A stretch of DNA of 28,422 nt from Octopus sinensis (Eukaryota), in assembly GCF_006345805.1 (NCBI RefSeq), contig NW_021833558.1:1-28422 (forward strand), read 5' to 3'. Shown here piece by piece: positions 11,634 to 21,828 of the stretch (position 1 is the stretch's first letter; the number at the start of each line of letters is the position of its first letter). The notes under the pieces were generated by a model that had not been told where the DNA came from, did no database searches, and saw nothing but the letters and a program-made list of their open reading frames with translations. The position numbers and the translations under genes are program-made.

Positions 11634-12065
11634 ATGGGAAATAAAATAGACATTTACATTCCAGGACGTACTCCAAATTTTAACAAGGATCCAACTTTCG
11701 ATTCTCACTTTGGCTTTAAAGGCGAACGAGAACAACGAGGTTAATTATTTAATAATAAATTTGTAGTGATGAAGGCTACATTCGAAGAGATGTCTCAAGC
11801 AGGAGTACCTTTGGATAAACGTGACTACTGTGCTCACGATTACATTTCATTGTTGAAATGTCAGTCTGAGCATATGCCCTTTCTTAATATGTGTGTGCAT
11901 GCTAAGCATGTTTATGACACATGCAAAAATAAAGAGTTTGGTTATTCGTGATGATAGTTCAGCTATATATTGAGGATGAAGGAATATGAGCGGGAGAAGA
12001 GATTATTGGCAAGAATGCGTAACAAACAAATCAAGGAACAGACACCAGATATTTTAATTAGTTAA
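11634..12065 (+). CDS. NDUFB7: NADH:ubiquinone oxidoreductase subunit B7 (B18)
   Basis: MGNK...PTFDSHFGFKGEREQR|VMKATFEEMSQAGVPLDKRDYCAH..., twin CX9C, D|YILRMKEYEREKRLL. Introns 11740-11766 and 11936-11962, both 27 nt GT-AG. Confidence 0.96.
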
Positions 12066-12442
12066 CTAAAATGAATAACGTTTTAAATTAATTTAAAATG
12101 GCTTAACTTTTAATAAGAGTGGCTTCAAAAGGACATTTTCGATAGACGCTGTGCCTGGTCATTGTTAAAATTTTTTTATGTTAAACAGCACACAAATTTA
12201 ATTTGATTCAATGTTTTATTTTTTAAAATAAATTACAGACGTGGTTTAGACCTTCCATCTCTTAACTATATATTCTAAAGAATCTAACTTGGATGGAAGT
12301 CATCTTTAATTACAGTTAAATAAGACCATGAATTTTAGTTATTTAATTGAATTTTGGTTTTTTCGTCAAGGACATGGTTCTAAAACGACCAAGTTTTATG
12401 CTGTAATAAAAAGAACATGAAAGAACTGTTCGCTAATTTAAA

Positions 12443-12690
12443 TTAGTCGCCGAGCGGATGGACAGGCAATTCTCACGTAATATTGCAAACGATATCCGTT
12501 GAAAAAGCCAGCTCGTTTCACGACCTCCTAGAGATGGCTGAACCAAACTCTTGGAGTAGTTTGAGCGCTTTAGGTACAATTATCTCACTGGTCTCGAAAG
12601 TCAGGGGAATGAAGCAGCAGGCATCGGTCAACGAGGCAACGTCCAAGTTAGTTCTCGAGAATGCGTCAGAACAAGTCACGTCTCACCAGA
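12443..12690 (-). mobile_element. 5'-truncated, internally deleted CRE-clade RLE tail, copy 4
   Basis: Minus strand: DVTCSDAFSRTNLDVAS..LTDACCFIPLTFETS..PKALKLLQEFG..RETSWLFQRISFAILRENCLSIRS; same subfamily as copies 1 and 2. Confidence 0.85.
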
Positions 12691-12762
12691 AGAATTTTTG
12701 ACTTACTAACCATGCTTTGTTTTTGATTATGTTGAGGCCCTAAGAAATACAAAAAAATACCA

Positions 12763-13011
12763 TTACACTGGTCTGAACTCGTTAATAATTTCTTTCGAAT
12801 TCAACTCATAAAATATTTTATCCTAACCATAATATGCGCTAACAAAAATACTGAAATAAAAGAATCCAAGCTTAATCCAGTATCTGCGTTTCTTTCGTTT
12901 GATAAATTCTTGATAAAGATCATTATACCTAACATTTGAAAAGAGGAAAGAAGAACTAGTCAGCGCCGAAAGAGATGCCACATCACCTCATTGTAGCCAG
13001 AACTTGCTCAT
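12763..13011 (-). pseudogene. Candidate small spliced locus with an in-frame TGA, unknown product
   Basis: GT-AG segments 12929-12956 (28 nt) and 12823-12851 (29 nt) join to MSKFWLQ*GDVASLSALTSIMIFIKNLSNERNADTGLSLDSFISDKIFYELNSKEIINEFRPV*. No homology recognised. Confidence 0.25.
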
Positions 13012-13150
13012 ACCTAATCTCCGGTCTCAAATTAATTCGCCGGCAATCCTAGGATACTCAAATTAATAATTTAGATAAATCTTCGCTAGAATATTGTCAA
13101 TTAAGAGAAATTAGATTTAAACCAAAAAGCACGAAATTAATCAAACAGAA

Positions 13151-13622
13151 CTATACCACAGGTTTACGTGCCTGTCGACTGTGGATCAAATGGAGAGCAG
13201 ATATACGTTTACGAGAGGTCTACAGTTAACATAAAAATAAACATAAATCATGTCAGGTCGAGAATTTTTGAGCAACTTTTTTACTTTTCGGCACATCCTT
13301 CGCTCTCCTAATGGAAATTTCAGTTGTTTTTCGCCTATAATTAAACCAGGATAACCAAGACCAGTATCTAGAGTTATAGATTTGTCATCTAGTTGAGTTC
13401 CAGCAACATTTTTGTGGATCAAACCATTATTTCTGTAAGTATTTCTGGCTGTGGGATTATTTCTTTCCTATGAAAATCATTTTTATAGTGATATACTCTG
13501 GAAAATGTATATCCATTGCTTCTGGCAAGAAAGCAAGAGTTATTTTTTACAATCGCCCATGCAATATTCGATGATATCTGTTATATTAGAAATTATAATA
13601 GTTATGGTGATACATCAGACAT
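13151..13622 (-). CDS. RPL28: 60S ribosomal protein L28 (eL28), divergent
   Basis: MSD|ISSNIAWAIVKNNSCFLARSNGYTFSR|ERNNPTARNTYRNNGLIHK...SRPDMIY|TSRKRISAL...KPVV*. Introns 13578-13613 (36 nt), 13468-13496 (29 nt) and 13220-13242 (23 nt). Matches eL28 WxxVxNxSxFL, NNxxARNxxRxNGLIH and RPD motifs. Confidence 0.9.
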
Positions 13623-14141
13623 CGTCACGTTCAAAAATACACGTTTATTATTTTTAATAATTCAATAATAAATTAAAAAGATTTAATTTTGCTGTTAAAA
13701 TATATATTCAGAAATTAAATTATTTTTACAGTGGATATAGATAGTTTTATACTAAAGTAAGTAATCTAAGAGAATAAAGAAACAAGAAAGTTAAGTAATC
13801 TAATTAAATGGCTTTTTATTCCAAACCGTTGGTATCCACTCTTCTTTCTTTTCCTAACCCTAACTCTAATCTGAATCTTTCCTTACCACTGCATGCCATC
13901 TCCACAAACAGATCAGAAGAAGAATCGTACTCTTGATCAGATACGGTTCAATCTCAGATAATAAAATTAAAGACAGCTATTAAGTAAAAATTAAGTATAA
14001 TGTTTTTTAAGATGAATTTCAGTGCGACTAACTAAAGAAATTCTCATATTTTTATAAAAGAAAATACAGAAATTGGAATTCCAGATAGAATGAGTCGTTT
14101 TAAAACGTTCAGAATGAGGAAGCTATCTGAATCATTTAGAT

Positions 14142-15648
14142 CAGAGGTTTCCAACTTTTTTTACGCGCCTCCCTTAGAGAAAAGTACAATCTTGCGCCTC
14201 CCTTTATATTCCATAATATAATACAATATTATTTTATCAAAAACAATTTTTTAAAACAAAAAGTTAATGAGATAATTTTTTTCCATCTTGGCGCAAAGTT
14301 TTTCAAATCTTGGTGTCATCGCAGAGAGTGCTACTCTTGCTCATTAGTCACTACTAAACGAGTTCGATATTTAGATTAATTGCAGCTAGTGCAGAAAATC
14401 CAGTTTCGCATAAATATGAAGTAGCAAATGGCAACAAAACTTTCATTGCTTATTCGACAAAATTTCATATTCCTTCTTACATTCAACCAAAAAGAAATTA
14501 GCGTTCTCTCTCAAATTTTTGTTTCAATAATGTATCGCATGACAATTCTATCAATTTTTCTTTTTCAAAAGTTGTCAATGCAAATTGATTATCTTTTTAC
14601 AAGCTTGAAGACCAGATTATTTTCCTGACATTGACTGTGCTCCGTCTGTACAAAGTCCAACACAATTGATCCATTCTATGTTATTTTCTTCAAAAAAAGT
14701 ATCAATTATATTAAAAATTTCATTGGCCGTGCTCTTCCAGGAAATGGTTTGCAGAATAATAGATCTTCTATTATTGTACTTTCTTCAGAATATCTGACAT
14801 ATGCAATTAAATGTGCATTTTTATTATGTCAGCTCCCTCATCAACTTGTATAGCAAATTTACAGTTACGTAGTCGAGAAACCAACTGATCACAAAGATCT
14901 TCAGATATGTCATCAATTCTTCTAGCGACTGTGTTATCAGCGCGGTATTTGCTGTAATTGTTTTGCATAGGATTCGCCAACATTGCTTCAACCATATCGA
15001 TAGCTGCTGGCAAAACTAGAGTTTCTCGATATTGTGCGGTTTCTTGCATTGCAATCCTGTAAGAAACTTTGTACGATGCTAGTAAGCATTTGAAGAGACA
15101 GAAACAAGTTTTTTTTAACGATTTCGTTGTTATCAAACTCTTCTAATTTTCTTTTAAAAAATTCTTCAGACTTATGGACATGTTCAGAATGCATCGTTTC
15201 AAAATGTCTTCTTAATTTGCATGGCCTCAACTATCTGCTGCAAGTGTTTTGAGGCAAAGCAAACAGAGGGGTTTTTCCATAGAATCAACGATACGTGTGA
15301 ATCCTCAAAAGTAAGAGGAAAGTATTTTCTTGTCTTTGGAGTGGTATTGATTATATTCCAATCATTTTGATTTTTTGAACCATCGTCAAAATCTTTATTA
15401 TTCGTGAATTTTCTTTTGCAACCACTCAAGAATTTATTCATGTGTTAAAATTATTTAATTGTCTAATAAATTAAATAAATTTTTGAAAAAATATAATTTT
15501 AAAATTAATAACTCTTATTATCGGAATATAGTCACGTTTTTTACATAGATATAATTTTCTAAAAAATGTTTCTGAAATACTTTTCGCGCCTCCTTTGACA
15601 CGAGTCAACGCCTCCCTAGGAGGCGCGCCTCCCCATTTGAAACCTCTG
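14142..15648 (-). mobile_element. Non-autonomous hAT (Charlie/Buster, ZBED5/SCAND3-like) transposon, 1507 bp
   Basis: TIR CAGAGGTTTC(C/A)AA and perfect 8-bp TSD ATTTAGAT (14134-14141, 15649-15656). Frameshifted transposase: MRPCKLRRHFETMH, ETLVLPAA, DNTVARRIDDISED, FAIQVDE, FATSYLCETGFSAL. Confidence 0.95.
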
Positions 15649-15890
15649 ATTTAGATTCATAAATAGAGCTGGTCTCAAATTCCGCTTCCGCTTAGGAGAT
15701 GAAATGAAGCTGAAATTAAAATTTATTGAGGTAGAATTTATCTTGATATAATTTCATTTTTGACGGGACCGCTCAAAGTTGAGAAGATTGATTTATGAAA
15801 TAACGAGGGAAGAGATACAGCGAATAATTTTTCGCTTGCCATGACTAGACATCAAAAATGTCAGAATTATTTCAAATAGTATTTTATCTG

Positions 15891-15945
15891 ATCGGCCCAC
15901 AAATAATCTTGCATACGGATGATGAGACAGAATTTCGAAACTTGA
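15891..15945 (+). mobile_element. Possible tiny DDE integrase (rve-like) remnant
   Basis: IGPQIILHTDDETEFRN resembles the GxPxxLHxDNGxEF integrase motif; very short. Confidence 0.35.
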
Positions 15946-16049
15946 CGAAGAATTTATTAAAATTGGAGCTCAAGTACTTTTAAGTTAGTTTGCCCAAAAT
16001 GTCTTCCACCTGGTCATAGATCAAATTCAGAACATTTCGAACTTTTTCA

Positions 16050-16325
16050 AAGTTATCGGTTCATTAGGATCGATGCTGAAGTCTTCCAAAATAGTTTCCG
16101 ACCGCAATGTGGCGGATTCCTCCATTGGATTTTTTGAAAGCAAGTAACCTTGGGGAGAAAAGCAATTCTCTGACATATTCTGGGATGTTGCCATCGACTA
16201 TTTTTTTGATTAAGTCCATTATTATTTTGATAGAAAGCATTGGAAGTGCACGTAATCTTTTTAATATGGTCAGAATGTAACCCTTCCAAGCCTCCGATCT
16301 TGGTAGACATCATTGACATTAAGTT
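16050..16325 (-). mobile_element. CRE-clade reverse transcriptase N-terminal fragment
   Basis: GGLEGLHSDHIK, then (frameshift) IVDGNIPEYVRELLFSPRLLAFKKSNGGIRHIAVGNYF, matching the CRE RT motif LxAxxKxxGGxRPIAVG. Confidence 0.8.
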
Positions 16326-16488
16326 CTATTCAAGTATTGTAGTCACGTGTGTGCAAAAATGAGAATCTACTCGATCGAAATTTTAGGATCCAGCAGTAAT
16401 GGAAAAGCAGAAATTGATTATTATTTATCTTAAAGTAAATTAAGCAGGAAAAATAAAACTGAATAATTTAAATTCAATTTATAACCTA

Positions 16489-17899
16489 ATGACATATTTT
16501 GTTGTTTTTGCAATTATAGTCGGGAATTTCATCTCGAGTCCACTCAAAGTATCAGTAAAATATAAAGACAATATTCGTTATTATATCACCCACGACTATC
16601 AGTTTAATCAGAAATGGATTGAATATCTTAAATTATTTAGTTGTTCATTAAACTAATTTTCGTAGATAAAAAATATTCACCTGACGAAGAGAGTCGGAGA
16701 AAGGCGATATTTCGAAGCAATCTCAAAGTAATTGATCAACACAACTTGAAATACCTAAGAAGGGAAACTTCGTATGCTTTAGGAATCAACCAGTTTGCGG
16801 ACATGGTATTTCATCACTTCTCTAACTTTTTTTTTTTGAAATTAAATCTTTGTTATGAAAGCAAGAAAGAAATTAAAGATAGCTAAGTTAATTAAAGGCC
16901 TCACGAGACACCCGACCAGCCTCGCGAATGGCGAAACCGTTCCCTCGGATCACAGCAATCGACAGACGTTCCAGGAGCCAAGAAAACTCTCTTGGATCGT
17001 GACTAGTCCTTGAAATCCGTCGACCGAGCGAGCGAAGGAAGCGGAGTGTCTTGGGACCGAACTAGTCAGGAATTTGGAGAAATGTATAAAGGATCTCAGT
17101 TTGACCTCAATTTAGAAGAATTTCAAGAATTTAGTTCCAAGCCGAAATTTGGAAATAATTATGACTTCCCAGTCAATTTTAGTTGGGTGGATCATAATGC
17201 TGTCACTGATGTTAAAAGTGAAGGAAAATGTGGATCCTGTTATATATTTGGAGCTGTATTAGACACTATTCAATTTGTAGTTGGGAAGTTTTGAAGGCCA
17301 ATTCGCTATTAAATACGGCAAACTTGTTAGCTTCAGCGTGCAAAATGTAATCGACTGTATTGGAAGGAACGGATGTAACGGGGGCTCTATAGAAGATGTA
17401 TTTAAATACATAATGAAAAATGGTGGCATCGACACCGAAGAAATGTACCCTTACGAAGCCAGGGTGTACAATCTCATGTCAATCCTTAGAGTTGGTTTTG
17501 CAGATATAGGAAAAATGTTGTAAAAATGACTGGATTCAAAAATTTTAAATCAGAATCCAAGTTAATGAAAGCACTGATCAACATTGGGCCGATCACTGTA
17601 AAAATCTGTAATTCAGATTTATCATTTCACCATTATCGAGAAGGTAATCTTGAATGTTCTAAAGTAAGGAGTTTATGACAATCCTCAATGTAAAAAGTGT
17701 AGCAATCACGCCGCAGTGGTCGTCGGTTATGGAATTGAGAATGGAAAAGAGTATTGGTTAGTCAAGAATAGGTACAGTCCACCGTCTTATTGGCAGTTGG
17801 TCTAGTTACTACGGAGAGAAAGGTTACATAAAAATGTCAAGAAATAAAAAGAATCAGTGTGGGATTGGAACAGACAATTTTTACCCAATTCTAGAATAA
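16489..17899 (+). CDS. Cathepsin L-like papain-family (C1A) cysteine protease, divergent, 6 introns
   Basis: Hydrophobic N-terminus, I29 propeptide ([20 protein letters not shown]; GINQFADM), [33 protein letters not shown]. Introns 16640-16665, 16806-~17069 (TE-expanded), 17256-17280, 17464-17489, 17644-17668 and 17772-17796. Confidence 0.93.
16827..17060 (-). mobile_element. 5'-truncated polyadenylated CRE-clade RLE tail, copy 5, inside cathepsin intron 2
   Basis: Minus strand [45 protein letters not shown]...*, short 3' UTR and poly(A) (T11 at 16827-16837). AACT at both junctions. Confidence 0.9.
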
Positions 17900-18007
17900 G
17901 CATTTTTACTTATTCAAACATTTGATTTTTTACGATTTCTCATTAAAAAGTTTTTTTAGTTAATTTTTCGATTTATATTATTTTAATTGTTTATCTGATC
18001 TTTTGCA

Positions 18008-18745
18008 ATGTCATTTTTAACAAAAAGTAAAGCTGACACTAAATCCAGAGAGTTCCAAAAAAGTTCCAACTTCAATATTTGTTTGCCAAATTATATCGGG
18101 AACCTGTTTGTTTTGTGTATACAAAAGAAATTTCAGTGGTCAAAGAATATAAAATTCAAAGACATTACTAAACCCACCATGGTCAAGGATACAATAACTT
18201 GATGTGATAGTCAGAAAGGATAAGTACGATGCATTACTTGCATGTTGGCAGTGTCGGGTATCTTGTTCTGCCAAATTTTGAGATGATAGTGAAGCGTTAG
18301 CATCAATACCTTATAGTGATGATGATTTTATAAAATCAAGTATTATGAAAGCCATTGAAATCATATGCCCTGCTAATCGACCTGATTTTTCAGGCATTAG
18401 CCTCAAAGAAATACTGTGGCGAATAGGATTTTGGATCTTGCCACTGATTTTCATAATCAACTCAAGAAGTAAATCAGTTCATTCGTTACTTTTTCTATTG
18501 CTATTGACGAGAGTGCTGACATTATGGATGTTGCTCATTTAGCTATATTTATTTGTAGCGTGGACGAGGATTTGACTGTCACAGAGGAATTATAGCAAAT
18601 TAAATATTCAAATCTTTCGTCAGTGTGTTGAATTACTTTGGAGTGAAATGGTCACTTGCTGTTAATGTGGCTACAGATAGTACTCTATCAATGATTGGGA
18701 AAAAGACTGTTGTTGGGACACTTTTTAAAATTTTTCGCGAACTTA
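18008..18745 (+). mobile_element. Degraded hAT (GTF2IRD2/SPIN-like) transposase remnant
   Basis: SREFQK, VVKEY..RHY, MKAIEIICP, YFSIAIDESADIMDVAHLAIFICSVDEDLTVTEEL and NVATDS..SMIGKK across frameshifts; no TIRs found. Confidence 0.85.
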
Positions 18746-19348
18746 AAAAAGAATCTACTGTTTTCGATCACCATTTGCTGCTAATATTTTTCATCTTGCA
18801 GCTGATCTTGCATAGAGTCTTATATGACTGACGTAAGCTTTGAAGACAAAATCAATTCTTTTGGGATTCATGAAAGGAGAGTACGGTGTTAAATTTTCAC
18901 ATTTTAAAATTCGGAATGACTTCAGTTAATCCATTATAATGGTGTATCCGAGTATTATCCATTTTCCCCTGCTTTGATAGTATTTGCTTCTTATACTAAT
19001 TAATCCCTATTTCCTGACTCGACCCTCGAACATAAAGATGGGGAAGTGTCCTTCGTTTGCAAGAAAATAGTAAGAGGAAATTCCGCAATTTTTTCTGCAT
19101 TTGATAAAGTTACTTGTGACCATATTAAATTTTTACTTTTGGAGATGATATTTATAATCGACTTTGATTTTGCCGTGTCATTAATAACGTGTTTCATTCT
19201 TGGACTGTGACATATTATAATTAAAATATTTTCATAAATTTATTCACTTAATTTTCAAAATAAATTAAATATATTAAAAATTTCACATTAACAATAAATT
19301 TTAATTGAAATCTATTAAGTAACCGCAGTGCTCTGCTAAAGAAAAGAC

Positions 19349-21178
19349 ATGTTACTTCTTTTGCGACTTTTATTTCGTTTTTCCTGCTTTTAAGTTATGA
19401 CTTTTAGTTTCTATTCAATTTTACAGCCATTTTGTCGAAATACCCACATTCTACGAACAATACATATGCGAAGGATTCATTGAACTTCCCTACAGCAACA
19501 TTATAGAGCCTTTCACTGTAAAATACGACGAGAGTACCAAATCTTCATTATTCTCTTATTACCACAGTCCTTAAAATGTTTGAATTTATGTAGATACCGC
19601 ATTCTCCTTAAGTTCTGCTAAATATGGCTCAATGAGCATAGTCCCTGCCTCCTTCGACGGTGTTCAGAAAATGGATTGTTTGTCTGGTGGTTCCTTCCAG
19701 TCGGTTTTCCCAGATCTCCGTGACTTTAAGGTTTATTCATCCTAAAAATCTTCCAGAAAAAACCAGGCACTTACTCATGCGGTTCGAGAGACAGTAACTA
19801 CGTGGAAAGTCCTGGAGACTGTCTAATCTGGGAACTCATCACCTCAGAATTTAATAGAACAAACACATATAGATTTTTCACGAATCAAAAATGGGAGCCA
19901 GTGAGATATGAAATGTTTGGCTATGACTCTCTCTTTCAGTCGCACTATGACGAATACTCAGTGCAGTACACTCTGTACAAGAAATATGAGCCTGAATTGA
20001 CCGATAAAAATATAAATGATGTCATTGAGAGTATACTTGGGCAGTTTTATTTTTAGAATATTGCCAAAGTGAGATGATCAGAGAAAATAAAATTACTGTT
20101 CATCTTGACTTGATTTCAGAAATATTTGACCGGGAGAACAGTGAGCAAGTCCATAAAGAACACTTTGATGTCTCTATTAGCTTATTTGACTCTCAAGCTG
20201 AGTATCAGAAAGCTAGGGATGATCACAGAAATTTATTTAGGTTCCATCGTTTTTAAAAACTGGTGCAAAATAGGTTTGTTATGGCTCACAATCGACGCAA
20301 AATGTCTTACCAACTCAATCCAAGAGCTATTCAGAAATGGAAAACTCGCAAGAGCCTTCCATGTCGTCAAAAAACACAAGGATCAGAGTTCATGACAGAA
20401 AACCCACATTTTGGTGGTTTTCACGACGCCGCTTTGTCTGAAAGCAGTCTTCCCAATAACTTTGATTGGCGTACATTAGGTGGTGTGGTGTATCTGACTC
20501 TTAGGTGCTGTTTCCCCTGTAAAGGATCAGGCCATCTGTGGGTCATGTTGGGCTTTTGGCACTACTGGAGTGTTTGAGTCACATTATTACATTATGACTA
20601 ATCGCTCTGTTCAGTTTTCAGAACAGTACTTGGTGGACTGTTCGTGGAGTGAAGGAAACAGCGGGTGTTTTGGTGGACTCGATGTCAACTCTTATTCTTT
20701 TGTCAAGTTGTTTTCATTGGCTTCCACGGAAGAATATGGTCCCTACATGGGGCAGGTAGAACATTTTTTATCATTGTAGGATATGAACTGTCGAAAGAAA
20801 GAATTCACCAATTTCTTTACTTTTGACAAATTCAAAGTCGTCCCAGATAACGAGAAGGCTATAATGTCGGCACTTTACTACCAAGGACCACTATCTATTG
20901 CCATCGATGCCAGTTTAAAGACCTTTGGGTTTTACCACGATGGGGTTTATGACGATCCCGAATGCTGTTTTGTTATTTTAAAATTATTTATAGCTTCCGA
21001 CAACTTGGACCATGCTGTTCTTTTGGTGGGTTATGGAACGTCACCAGAAGGAAAGGATTATTGGCTTGTTAAAAATTCTTGGAGTACTCATTGGGGGAAT
21101 CAGGGCTATGTCAAAATTTCTCGCGAGAATAATCTTTGTGGGGTCATGTCGAGCGCTACATATCCAATCTTTTACTAA
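19349..21178 (+). CDS. 26-29 kDa proteinase-type (CfaD-like) papain-family cysteine protease, 8 micro-introns
   Basis: N-terminal extension GFIELPYSNIIEPF, QSVFPDLRDF and PVRYEMFGYDSLFQSHYDEY. Mature domain LPNNFDWRTLG|AVSPVKDQAICGSCWAF, LDHAVLLVGYG and YWLVKNSWSTHWGNQGY. Introns are 24-33 nt GT-AG. Confidence 0.92.
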
Positions 21179-21423
21179 TATCTAATTCTTTATCGATTAA
21201 TAATTCCTAGCTTAATTTTAATGTGAAAACTTGTTTGATAAATTTGTTTAATTTAGGCATGTGAAAATTGTTATTTTGTATAATTGACAGTTGGAGTATG
21301 TTTAATTTGAGTTCATAAGACTTTCTGTTAGTACTTTCCTCCGGGTTATGCCCTCACTGTTTCCAAGGAGTGAGCCAAGTTTTCTGAAACGTCACCATTA
21401 ATCTTAATAATAAAATGGTATGG

Positions 21424-21471
21424 TGTGTGTCTGTCTGTCTGTCTTTCTGTCTGTCTGTCTGTCTGTGTGTG
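21424..21471 (+). repeat. (GTCT)n/(GT)n microsatellite
   Basis: gtgtgtgtctgtctgtctgtctttctgtctgtctgtctgtctgtgtgtg, seen directly. Confidence 0.95.
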
Positions 21472-21493
21472 CACACCAACTTCAAATTGGCAA

Positions 21494-21827
21494 TACGATG
21501 TCCTCGACTTACATGATGAGGTCCTTAAAACCTTCCCCCAAAAAAAAATTAAAAAAAATTTTCTGCATTTTGGTTAAAATGAACAACTACGATGTCCTCG
21601 ACTTACATGATGAGGTCCTTAAAACCTTCCCCCAAAAAAAATTTGGAAAAAAATTTTCTGCATTTTGGTTAAAATAAACAACTACGATGTCCTCGACTTA
21701 CATGATGAGGTCCTTAAAACCTCCCCCCCAAAAAAATTAAAAAAAATTTTCTGCATTTTGGTTAAAATGAACAACTACGATGTCCTCGACTTACATGATG
21801 AGGTCCTTAAAACCTTCCCCCAAAAAA
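21494..21827 (+). repeat. Tandem repeat, ~94-bp unit x ~3.5
   Basis: Units start at 21494, 21588, 21683 and 21776 (TACGATGTCCTCGACTTACATGATGAGGTCCTTAAAACC...); differences lie mostly in the C and A homopolymer runs. Confidence 0.97.
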
Positions 21828-21828
21828 T

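Noticed and set aside
13853-13872. Telomeric repeat (CCTAACCCTAAC)
   Set aside because: Only about two units; compatible with chance.
15915-15945. Hammerhead-like ATGATGAG...CGAAAC
   Set aside because: Core C is missing and stems are unsupported; an integrase-like reading explains it better.
21494-21827. CRISPR-like array
   Set aside because: Sequences between the cores are near-identical rather than unique spacers; eukaryotic context and no cas genes.
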